Assembly (NCBI RefSeq): GCF_001194135.2
Contig: NC_068986.1
Span: 22,140,020-22,204,019, forward strand
Direction: 5' to 3'
DNA length: 64,000 nucleotides
Source: Octopus bimaculoides
Taxonomy: Eukaryota
Numbering within the stretch: position 1 is the first letter of the stretch; each line of letters begins with the position of its first letter. The notes under the pieces were generated by a model. That model searched no databases, was not told the DNA's origin, and saw nothing but the letters and a program-made list of their open reading frames with translations. The translations under genes and the position numbers were made by a program. Shown here in pieces: positions 51,791-63,645 of this stretch.

Positions 51791-54171
51791 GAGATATAGT
51801 CCTTGCTATGTTGAGGAACATGGCTTAGAGGTTAGGGTGTTGGACTCATGATTGTAAGACAGTGGTTTTGATTCCTGGACCAGGTGATGCATTGTGTCCT
51901 TGAGCAAAACACTGCATTTCAATCCAATCAGCTGGCAAAAAATGAGTAACTTCGCGATGGACTGGTGATGGATTTTTTTCTGCGATAGTACCATTTACAG
52001 AAACATCATAACTAGTTTGAATGTACATGGCCTCTGCAACTATTTATAAAAAAAAAAAAAACACAAACAAACAATGTATCAGCAACACTGATGAACCATG
52101 GTGTAAGTGTCAAGCAAAGAAGCAAATTAAATAAATGGCCTGAGGTGATTGTCTTGACCAATTTGACACCATTAGAAAAGAAATCCTAAAAGCAATAAAG
52201 AAAACATTGTGATGGGAAAGTGGTTGAAATCGGATGGTAAGTGATGGTTTCTTTATGAAGGAGATAATTCCATCTCAGTTTTATAGGTTAGATTATATTT
52301 GTTTCTTGTCCATCCTAAATATCATTGTTGGTCCCATACAATTGAAACAAACTGCAGCAACAATTTATCTCTTTTAGCCCAGCTATTTCACTGGTAAGAA
52401 CTAAGAAAACAACCACCCTGCACCAATTCATCTCTACTGATACCCAAGCAATGAATGCAGGGCAAATTTGTGTAACATCCTACATGTTTAAAGTGCTAGA
52501 CATATTAGTCATTCCTAAACACTTAATTGCTATAGATCTGACCGCCAACTACAAATAAAATCATCCTTTTTGCATTACCACATATTTTATTTAGTGCACT
52601 GAATTTAAGTAGAGCTTTTTCTTAAGTAAGTGGGTGAAATGAAGTTTATTAAAACCAAAACTACATCAAGTAGCAAGGAAATATTTAATTTCAGTAGACT
52701 ACTGAAACTCATTATAAGTGCTGTGCATTCAAAGATATAAGGTGGAGTTGGCACTAGTATCCAAAGTGCTAGTGGATAATAAAAGCACCTGAAAAACAAA
52801 ATAACGACACATGGAATGAAGTTAAGATGGCTATCAAATTTTCTTATAAAAAACTCTAAACATCTAGGACATGTTCCACAGCCAAAACCAGAAAATAAGT
52901 AGAACAAAATGAGTATGGTTATAAAATAATAATGCACAAATTTAAATATGCTATATTTTCATATAGTATATTTAAGACTGAATAGTAGCTGTCATATAAA
53001 ACATTTCAAGATAACAATATACGTGGAAAAGTTTTGAAAGATCCTCCTATCTCCTATATCTTGGTTGAAAACTTCTCATGAGAACTGTTCAATGCAGCAG
53101 CCAAATCTCTCATCACTACTACACCAACAAACTTACAAGTCTTTAAAAAGAAGACTGTTTTAAGTTCTAAATCTTAGTGTTTCCATTAGAGATGAGATGT
53201 CCACAGTCAGACATGTAGGTGAAATGCTTTTTCTAGATCATCTACCAACATATCATAGTTCTAGTCAAACAGGCAAACTAGGACCACCTAACGACAACTA
53301 CCAATGATCTTGATCAACGAAAATGACAAGTAGTCATATATACAATTCTTAGTTCAAATCTTGTTAAAACTGAACCGGGCGTTTTATTCCTGAAGTTTGA
53401 TAAAATCAATACAGGTCTCTTCAATAAGAATAGCACGTATATTATTGGCTAATAGAAACTGAGGCTAAAGGATTGGCAGGATCATCGGACAAAATGCCAT
53501 GTAGTATTAACGTTTTGAGTTCAAATATTGACGAAATCAATGCTGTTTTTCCTTCTTCCAGGATTGATAAAATGTTATGTACCAGAGTTAAGTCCTGTGT
53601 CGATTTCATTGACTAACCTTAGCCTAAATTTGAATACTTGTGCCTATAAAAGAAATCAATATTTTTGAAAATTTGAGATGAAACTGGTGAATCTAAGGCC
53701 TCCAAAAGAACCCTATATGTTTCTTATTTGAAGCAGTCTTTTATTACTGAAGACCAAACATTGCATGGCTGTATACATACAGTTCAAGAGAAATGCCTTA
53801 AGTAGAACAAAAAGAATTACGCAATCGTGCACAGATTATAATTTATAATCTACAAATATACAGACACACACAATTACCGGTATAATCACAGTATCAGACA
53901 ACTCAGGATTTCAGTCAGACACTCATATATATGACGAATTTAAAATGTTACGTTACTGATTATGTTAGTGGCAAACCTCAAACAAGTTTATTTAATATAA
54001 GCATCTAAATTAGCTTATCTTCATGATTTATTGGCATAAATGCTTAGTCAAAAATACTAGAGATTAATATAGTTAAAAACTAACTGGATTTAGACACGTC
54101 TCCACACACGCGTGACGAGTGTATATTTATAATTTTACATTATTCAATACACACTTAGTCTGACTGTTTGT

Positions 54172-54214
<43 letters not shown>

Positions 54215-54366
54215 NNNNNNNNNNNNNNNNNNNNNNNNNNNNNNNNNNNNNNNNNNNNNNNNNNNNTATATATAGCATAAATACCGACTTGATAAATGAC
54301 CGATACATTATGAAAACAAAACAGTTTTAGGACTACGCAGTTGATTTAACATAATTCCTAGTTCTT

Positions 54367-54367
<1 letters not shown>

Positions 54368-54412
<45 letters not shown>
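54368..54412. repeat. (GA)n microsatellite
   Basis: Directly visible. Confidence 0.97.
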
Positions 54413-54416
<4 letters not shown>

Positions 54417-55891
54417 AGAGAGATGCTGAATCCGAAATTCGTTATCTGAACAGGCATACATGGAACACACAAACAAGTTTGGATTCATAAACAGCAATTA
54501 ATGTTTTAAGTAATTAATAAAGTGTCGGCGAAAATAGGCTAAAGGAACGTATTTAACTTGCATTTCAAGGATCAATGCCAAACATTTTCAGATTAGGGAA
54601 ATACAGAAAACTGGCAGATAATATATATTTTAAGATCAGAGGAATCGTTCACCAACCAATCGGTTCCTTATAAAACCAAAGGAAGAAAGAAAAGGGAAGG
54701 GAAAGCTGAAAATTATGGGCATCGACATTCACTGATCTAAGCTTGTTTTTATTATCAACAATCGAACACTGCTAATTGTAAATATAAGAGCATAAAGGCC
54801 TTTCAATCCTTTTTTTAAAAACTTTTAAATAATAATAATAATAACTCTATTATATAAGCATAATGCTTGAGTTATATAAATGAAAATGTAGTAGGAGCTG
54901 TGGTATGCATTTCACAGGGACAATACGAACGATTAATAATAATAATAATGATGATTTCTTTATTAACCACAAGGGGTTTACATTAAGAAAAACATTGTGG
55001 ACAATAATAATAATAATAATAATAATCGGTTCTTTTAGTCGACACAAGGGGAACGACGAAATGCAGGGAGAGCTTCAAAACGAGGTAAGGGGGTGAGAAA
55101 GGAGAAAATATATATTATTATTATTATTATCATCTGAGCTAAATATAGAAGTATTTAATTTCAGTGTTTAATTTTCTGCGCTGATCCAATTCTAGTGAGT
55201 CGACATTGTCTTCTAAAGTTGTTTAACACCAGGACAGCCATAATCAGGCAAAAAAGAAAAAAAAATCAATGATCAAAGCGTTCCAAGCATAATCCTCACC
55301 CTTATTTTCAGACAATGCATATCAAATGTGTCACTTTATTCTTTTTAAGACGGTAAGGTGTGTGGTTTAAAAGAATTTGTCTGCAATAAACTTGATAGTG
55401 CCCCATAAAATTTGGCCTTGCAAATCACCATGTAAGCAGTATTGGTTTATGTTATTTTGTAGTTCGTCGAATCTAGTCTGGAATTTCCAATTCCGATCAG
55501 ATCGACATTTCGCCTTCTTTGCAAGCAACAACAATAATTACTACCAATAAGACACTGGATCGATTCTCCTTTACTGAACTCATTTCGTACAAAGATGAAA
55601 AAAGAAATCGTTATTAACCGTTTCACTTGTTTTCATGAAGAAAATTTACTAATGCTTAAAATATTAAAGCATTGCAACCAATAAATACAGTTTCCACGTA
55701 GTAATTCGATCAGCTAGAAATAGCAACCAAAATCTACCTCAAATGAAACCCTAATGTCTTCAAAAGGGGAGAGGGGCGCATTAAATAATGTAGTCCTAGA
55801 TATGCAATGTCCTTAGAGAAGGACGGAGGGGGGTAGTTACGGCGGGAACGAACGTTTAATTTTATTCTTTTAATTAAGTCTACCGAATTAT

Positions 55892-56122
55892 TGTTAAATA
55901 AAAATAAGCATCTTTAAAAAATAAGGCTTGGTGAAGGACTTTTATTTAGTTAATATATAATGAGAATTCATTATTCATTTCTTAGGTAAACAATTAAGAA
56001 ATGTTCTTGCTTTTAGATGCTTAAGGGTGAAGAAAAAAAAAGGTGAGTTGATAAGTAGGTGACAAAGCATAAATGATCTGTGGAGAAATGTGATACATGT
56101 ACATAAACAAATAAAGAATTAG
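55892..56122 (+). repeat. 231-bp direct duplication, copy 1
   Basis: Matches 57097-57327 except one substitution (GGTGAAG vs GGTGCAG). Confidence 0.9.
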
Positions 56123-57096
56123 TAAATACATTCGGAAATGTGGTTTCCAATAGGGAATTATTTTTTTAAGCCTTTGGAAAATACCGATACAAAGGCAGCT
56201 GAATGAAAATCGGATGCGACATAGACGAATATTGAATTTGTATTCGTGAAGAGAAAACCTTGAGAGTAATGTAAACAATCGATAGTTTAATCATACTTGT
56301 GATCATATATGGAAATTGAAACTGAACAAATAAATTTAGTGTTTTGATTGAAAACCACTAACAGCAAAATGTGAACGTGCGTGCGTGCGTAGACGTATAG
56401 ATGTGCATGTGAGTGTGTGTGTATACATGTACATGTGTGAGTGCGTGTGTGTATATAGAGAGATAGATAGATAGATAGATAGATAGGTAGAGAGAGAGAG
56501 AGAGAGAGATGTATGTAAAATTGACCTAAGACTAAATATTTAAATAAAGCAACGAAATACAGACCAAAAAATGCCGAATAATTGTTTTATAGAGTGGAAA
56601 AATCTAAAGAATACGAAAGTGAAAAAAAAATTACGACACGGTTGTTGTTTTTTTAAAAATTATATTAATAATAAAATTAATCTATTTAAATATGCACCTC
56701 TCTCATATATATATATGTCGGTATATGTTTTTATATATATATATATATTGGATATTGCCGTCCCCTGCAGGGATAAGCGATAAGCTATATTGTCACATGC
56801 GTGTCAAGATTTGTTTATCAGTGTAGAAATGGAGAAATGTGATGATGAATCGTAAAAGATTGAATATCGACAAATCTCCGCATCTATTTAAAAATAATAT
56901 CACAATACAACTACAAGAAGGATTGTCAGCTAAAATAAAATGGGGAATCAAAATCCATGCTGCTACTGTAAGCAGAAAATATCTCTGGTTTTACACTTTA
57001 ACCCATACATTTCGTTTTAAGCATTTAATCATGGCTCTAGGTGTGTTTAAAACAGATATAAATGTAATATACAACTAGTTTTCAATTATTTGAAGG

Positions 57097-57327
57097 TGTT
57101 AAATAAAAATAAGCATCTTTAAAAAATAAGGCTTGGTGAAGGACTTTTATTTAGTTAATATATAATGAGAATTCATTATTCATTTCTTAGGTAAACAATT
57201 AAGAAATGTTCTTGCTTTTAGATGCTTAAGGGTGCAGAAAAAAAAAGGTGAGTTGATAAGTAGGTGACAAAGCATAAATGATCTGTGGAGAAATGTGATA
57301 CATGTACATAAACAAATAAAGAATTAG
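57097..57327 (+). repeat. 231-bp direct duplication, copy 2
   Basis: Ends 17 nt from the exon 1 donor. Confidence 0.9.
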
Positions 57328-57344
57328 GAAGTTTTAGAACTTAC

Positions 57345-57504
57345 CACAACTAGAGAATCCGTAATAAGGAGACTCAGAGGCACCATCATCCATCCCGTTG
57401 AGTAATTCTTCCTTACCGACATCGCTGTCTCCAACGAGCAAGAATTTCAACAGATAATCATAAGGTTTGGTAGCCAAAATCCGAGGTGAATTGGCAGCAC
57501 ACAT
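57345..57504 (-). CDS. RAB40: Rab40-family GTPase, coding exon 1 ([53 protein letters not shown])
   Basis: Manual translation. ATG at 57504 with in-frame TAA just upstream (57520-57522). Contains Rab40-type [18 protein letters not shown]-loop. Ends G|GTAAG, phase 1, 160 nt. Confidence 0.95.
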
Positions 57505-58000
57505 TTCTCCTTCTTGTAGTTATTTATTTTTTAATTGCTTATTTGATTCCTTTGCGTTACTGAAACGCACGACTGTTTATTAAGTCTTATCCCACATCAA
57601 GTATTTTGCCAGAAATTCGGCCGATTATCCATGAGCGATAATAAAAAGTAAAAAAGTGCTGGACAACCTGACAAACGACGTGAAAGAAGAGAACGGCGGT
57701 AAAAGATGGATACAGACAAATGCAAAATAATCAAAAGGAGGACTATAAATGTTGTAGCATACGGAATATTCGTAGTATTATTCAATATCTCGACAGGTTG
57801 CATGTAAATAACGGTGATGGTGTTAAAAAGACAATAAACAAATCAGTACATCATGATGAATTAATGCTTAGCAAGAACTCACTTACAACGGCGCATGGCG
57901 GAAGTCACGACATAGATTTACAAGCTTTACTGCTGTAACACTGCTGCTGCTGCTGATGGGAGAAGCTACGGAATAACATGCGGGATAACTTTTATACGAT
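57505..58000 (-). promoter_or_regulatory. Probable Rab40 5'UTR/promoter-proximal region, CpG-retaining, with overlapping YY1-like (CATGGCGG) and ETS-like (GCGGAAGT) motifs at 57891-57905
   Basis: Directly upstream of the ATG and visibly richer in CG than the gene body. Motifs read from sequence; TSS not determined. Confidence 0.5.
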
Positions 58001-58803
58001 TTTCTTTATCACGTACAAAACATCGTATTTCTTTAATTAAGCATTTTAGTTTCATTTTCGATAACATTTATTACATAAATACAGAAAACAAAGAAAAAAA
58101 CCAAAACCCCCACTCTTCTTTTTAGAATTTCTCTTCTTTCATGGTTTCATTGAATATAGAAATATTTTTGAGAAAAGCAAAATATATTTTTTTTCTTTTC
58201 CTGGTTTCAATGACTGGACTGCGGATGCGTTGGGATACCGTCTTTGTGGATCTTGTTTCAAACCCACGCTATCCTGTCTCCACTGAAAGTACAGTAACAC
58301 TGCATTCCTTGTGCCTCCTATTTTAAGCTTAAGCACTTCCTTTCACGTACCGTTACAGGTCAGTAAACCGAAGGTCTTGGTGAACGTATATGAATATATA
58401 TATATATATATATATANNNNNNNNNNNNNNNNNNNNNNNNNNNNNNNNNNNNNNNNNNNNNNNNNNNNNNNNNNNNNNNNNNNNNNNNNNNNNNNNNNNN
58501 NNNNNNNNNNNNNNNNNNNNNNNNNNNNNNNNNNNNNNNNNNNNNNNNNNNNNNNNNNNNNNNNNNNNNNNNNNNNNNNNNNNNNNNNNNNNNNNNNNNN
58601 NNNNNNNNNNNNNNNNNNNNNNNNNNNNNNNNNNNNNNNNNNNNNNNNNNNNNNNNNTGTGTCCTTTTTTTCTGTGTCCTTATCTGGACACAGGGAAAAA
58701 AATGTGTCAATGCCTAATAGGAAGCGGTCTGGCTTCCTAAGGCTAAACAGCAGTAGTATATTCCCTTATTGGGACTGTCACGTTAAGTTGACAGTATACA
58801 ACT

Positions 58804-58841
<38 letters not shown>

Positions 58842-58905
58842 TATCTCCTAATTTAGACTTAGAAATAGATAAATTTTCAAAATTAAAAATAACCTGTCTG
58901 ATAAT

Positions 58906-58915
58906 CGCGCATGCG
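58906..58915. promoter_or_regulatory. NRF1-like motif CGCGCATGCG in a small CpG cluster
   Basis: GCGCATGCG matches the palindromic NRF1/EWG-type site; about 1.4 kb upstream of the Rab40 ATG. Confidence 0.35.
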
Positions 58916-59439
58916 TAGATTCGCAGACGCGTGAAAACATGTTTTACGAAAGGCGTTCCAACTGTGACTCTCTCATCTTTTAAAGCCCAAATCTCCCTCA
59001 TGTCACACACTACCATCTTTCTGATAATGCTGTCTGGATTACGCTGCTTAAAAAAATGAAAGGTAGGATGGTCGTAGATGGAATAACTTCGATCATAGTT
59101 CTACAGGATCAAATCTGACCTGAGGCATAACAACAATAACGGATATGTGTGTGTGTGCGCACCACTGTCACCCAACATACTAGAAATAGCAGCTACATTT
59201 ATCGAAACAAACTCGTTGTTAAAATGAGCAGCGTTTGTTTTAAAATAATGATGACCTTATTCTATACAATGCCCAAGTGCGGTACAACTCATTGGAAAAG
59301 GGTAAAAGAGGAGACAGAAAGCAGCAGTAAATCAAATAAAGACAATGATGAAAGCCAAAAGTATATGCACAATACACAGAATCAGACAAAAAAAGACAAA
59401 ATAAACAGTAAAAGAGCCATAAAGAGGAGGGGTGCATAG

Positions 59440-60440
59440 GACGTCAAGAGTTTTAGGAAACATGGAATTTTTAAAGGATGCAATGTTCTGACAGTTAGCA
59501 ATGACATGGGTAGTTTATTCCACGCTTCAACAATTCTAAGCATGAAAAAATGTTTCATAAAGTCATGGGTGCAGCACTGTTTTTTTAATTTTTTATAAGC
59601 TTGTCCTTGAATGGTAGAGATATTGAATTTAAAAACATAGTGACAGTTGTTATTGGAAAGATGTTGGGTAATTATATAAACTTCTTCCGTGTCAGCTACC
59701 AGACATCAAAGCTTTAGTGTGTCTGTCAATGCTCAGAAAAGTAAGACATTCAAGATATGATAAGTGACTGATGAGTATTCATCCATTCATCTGGCTGCTT
59801 ATCTCTGAACAACTTCCAGTAGATTGAGTTTTCTGGATATCAGAATTCCAGATTGGAGATGCAAACTGTGGGAACATACCATAGCCATATATAATTTTAA
59901 ATAGACAGCTGGTGAATAGTGAACAAAGCCGTTATTGAGATCTAAGACATCTTTGACTTTTTAGATGAATTTACAAATGTAGCTCATCCAACATAGATTA
60001 TTGTTGACAATAATACTTTGGTCACAGGGTAAATTCTGGGCTTTTCCTCCCAAAACGTATAGTAGTTGCAAGCCAGCAGTTCACTGCTGCATTATGTCCA
60101 GGTTAGACTGCAGGAAAGATTTTTAGCATGTAAGATCTGTTCTTTTGATCTCAAGATACTGCAGGATATCATTTGCATATTCTAATAGAGCAACATGCTT
60201 CAGGTTGGTTTCTGTTTCATTAATATAAGCAACAAACAACATGGGGCCAAAAACAAATCCTTGTGAGACTCCAGATATCATTGCATAGGGTAAAGAATGT
60301 TCTCTTAGTACCATGACTTCTTATTGACTGAAAATAAGGGACTTCAATCTGTTATAAAGATTAGCTTCACTATAAGTTGTTTATGTGACACAGAATTAAA
60401 GGTTTTGGTGGAGTCAAGATAGACAACATCTACCCATGAG
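59440..60440 (-). mobile_element. Decayed CR1/L2-like LINE (RT core to C-terminus)
   Basis: SGVSQGFVFGPMLFVAYINE...LLEYAND (degenerate GVPQGS...YADD) and downstream FFMLRIVEAWNKLP. Confidence 0.75.
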
Positions 60441-61536
60441 CAGCCATCTGTAATTTGGGTGATTATCAGAATGCATTTTGTTGCAAACATTTGAGCTAGG
60501 TTTCTGGTCTGAAGTTAACTTCTCACCTTCCCACCAGTTTTGGAGGGACTGAAAAAAAACCATGGGTACTGCCCTTACTCCATTAACTCCCTCACTTCTT
60601 CCTCTTTGCATTTTACAATTACTTACACTTTCATAGGTTTTCTGAGTCAGTTTTTACAGCTAGATGCCTTTCCTATCACCAGCAATTTTAGTAATGTCCT
60701 TCAATTTGCAGGGAAGTGGTTACATCTTTTCTAAAACTGGGATACACAAAAAATTGAAAAGTAACCTTAAACTCTATTACTGTCATCTAATACTTTTCTT
60801 CCTGATGGTAGAGTTTCCAAGAAATAGCAGCCAAACTTCCTTCAAATTGTACTCTACTCTCTTAAAAAAAGAAAGAGCACAATGGATAATGTAGTCTAAG
60901 ATAGATTGCTTGGAAAAAAAGATGGGATGCTCATGGTTGGATTGTATTTGATCATAGGTTTGCTCAATCAGGGTCAAATTGGGATTAAAGAACACTATTG
61001 AATTGTCTTCTTACTATAAAACAAGAACTTAATCCATTTTATAAGGTTTAAGAAGGGAGGTTTCTTATGAGAAATTAGAGTTTCATGCAATTTATCTTTG
61101 CAATAAGTAAATGTTACTTTTTAGTGCTATTAAATTTTATAAAATTGTCAAAGTACTTTTACTAGTAAGAGTGAATTACCTCATGGATGGATGAAATGTC
61201 TATATAGTAGGTGATGATAGGGTTTGCCAGAGATTAAATATTATATTTATAAGATAGAGAAGACTGAAGAGAGTGTTGTTTGTAGTGATTGACATAAAAG
61301 TTATTAGTGGCGAAGAGAAAGATTCTGGAGTTTGGAAATACTGGAGTTGGTAGAGAAGAGAATTGATATGGCACTATTAATATAAATGGATATTGTTCAG
61401 TCTCCTCTCAATCTATATGATTAATTCTATGCATAGAAGAAAGAGTTTGGTCATAAGAGTTGATTACTACATTTTCTCTGATATATTTTTTCCAGCATAA
61501 AAAAACTTTATATCTAACTATACTTGTTAATAAATG

Positions 61537-61768
61537 TTAATTCTTTTGATACCAAACCTGCCTCAGACTGCTCTCTAGATCTCTGATGAAAACTTTTCAT
61601 TTTAAAGTGATTTAAATTAAAACCTTCCATAAAAACTTCTTATTTATTTACATTTCAAACACCAATTTAATAATGACTAAGTTATTTTACAAAATTCTTC
61701 ATTGTTTTCAAAATTAATTAAAACAAAGACAGTGTGTTTCATCAGAAAGAGGGTAACAAAAGAGTTAA
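61537..61768 (+). mobile_element. piggyBac-like MITE family 2
   Basis: TTAA|TTCTTTTGATACC...GGTAACAAAAGAG|TTAA. Truncated relatives at 26677-26845 and 50324-50470. Confidence 0.6.
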
Positions 61769-61945
61769 ACAATAATGATGATAGTTATCGTGTCTAAGAC
61801 TTTGTTAATATCAAACACAAACACTTAAGTTTTCTTATGGATTTCTGAGGTGAGAAATAGGCTTGATGCTTAGCAGTATCTACTGAGATACCTTACGTTA
61901 CTAAACAAAAGGATCAATAGAATATATAATTGGAAAATATTAATA

Positions 61946-62198
61946 GGCACAGGAGTGGCTGTGTGGTAAGTAGCTTGCTTACCAACCACATGGTCCCGGG
62001 TTCAGTTTCACTGCGTGGCAACTTGGGCAAGTGTCTTCTACTATTGGCTCGGGCCAACCAAAGCCTTGTGAGTGGATTTGGTAGACGGAAACTGAAAGAA
62101 GCCTATCGATCTCTTGCTGAAATGCTAAGTCATGGGGATGTAAACACACCAGCACCAGTTGTCAAGTGGTGATGGGGGACAAACAGACACACAAACAC

Positions 62199-62200
<2 letters not shown>
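61946..62200 (+). mobile_element. SINE family A, internally deleted
   Basis: Well-preserved head, truncated tail. Confidence 0.75.
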
Positions 62201-62244
<44 letters not shown>

Positions 62245-62246
<2 letters not shown>

Positions 62247-63645
62247 TAGCAGAGATACCCGGCATTGCCTGTGACATACGGAGTTGAAGAATTAGACTTT
62301 TCTTTTATATTTTCTCTAATGAACTGGGATACTTATGATTTGAATTTCATCAAAATTGGAGATTAAGAATTTTAATGGGAGCTCTTTCCCTCTTTACACA
62401 CCCTAACAAAGATTCTAATCAAGACACATTTATCCCATACAGCTCATCTTTATCCCCAAATTCCAAACTCCAAATCTTATAAAACCCATTCAAAGGTTTT
62501 TACTCCTGAAAAATGGAGCACATTGAGCTCTAAAATGTGGGAGTTGAGGCCCCTATTAAGGGGGTCTTAAAGTCAACCATGGAAGTTGAATTGTTGGAAA
62601 TCTTTTTTAACTTGTCATATCTATTGTTCAATTTTCTTTGAAATTGGAAATATATGTATGTTCACTGGGTTTGTAAAAGAGAGCAAAGCTAGAGGAAACC
62701 AAAAGATGAATGATCACAGTAAGCAGTCAGCTACCCTACCCTAGTCGTTACCACTCCCCAATGTACGATTCCTCACCATACAGGTGACCAGCACAGCTGT
62801 AAGATGAATTATGGATCTATAGCAATTAGAAGGGCGTGACCCAACTCAAATAGACATTAACAACTGTGTGATGTGAGGGCTAAGGGAAAATGAAAGTGTC
62901 ACTTTTGGAGTTTGCCAATAGGTAACTGAACAGAATAAATTTGCAATCTATAAATCTCTTTGAATGACCTATCACTTATCTGGAAAGGCCTAGAAATCAA
63001 TGTTACCATCTGGGGACTATCTCTGACTCAGTGATAATAAAAAGACTCAAAAGAGGTCTGCAACCAAATAACTTTACTCAAAATAACACTTTGCAACTGA
63101 ATCAGTGGAGGCAAAGATGCCTCTCCTTTACTTGACAGTTTATGCACCACATTGCAGAAATCACAATCTAAGTATATCTCAAAGCAAACTCTTACACTTA
63201 TACCACTGAATTACAAATAACTCTCATCTTGTATCCTTGGGTGACTCTATAGCTTCCAAGACTACAATTGTATTTGTTGGCTTAGGAAAAATGGCTAAAT
63301 TGTGGGGGGTTAAGCCCCCATTAAGGGGTCTTACTAGCTTCCTAAGAAGTTGAAATTTTAAGAATATTACTTCATTTGTGTCTAATATCTATGGATAAAA
63401 TTTCATCAACAGCAAAAATATATGAATTTTCATGCGGGTTATGGCCTCATTTATGCCCCCTCACTTTCTAATATGTACTGCATTACATCTGCCCCTATGC
63501 AAAGAATATAATTTCCAAATTTCACAAAGACCCATTCAGTACTTTTGACCTTGTTTTGGATCATAAAAAAATGATTAAAATTTGGGAATGCTTCTTGTTT
63601 TGTTAATTACTTATGGTTGAAATTTCATCAACATTGGAAATTTAT
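62245..63645 (+). mobile_element. Non-autonomous Helitron-like element with internally repeated modules, interrupted at its 3' side by the RTE LINE
   Basis: Starts ACTAGCAGAGATACCCGGCATTGCC right after a (TA)n/(CA)n run, resembling Helitron/HINE-type 5' ends. Module GCCCC(T/C)ATTAAGGGG..TCTTA..GAAGTTGAA recurs near 62550 and 63310. Confidence 0.4.

Noticed and set aside
59149-59439. 96-aa + strand ORF as a divergent gene from the Rab40 promoter
   Set aside because: Low-complexity, overlaps repeat fragments and a LINE 3' flank, no recognisable domain or splice support.
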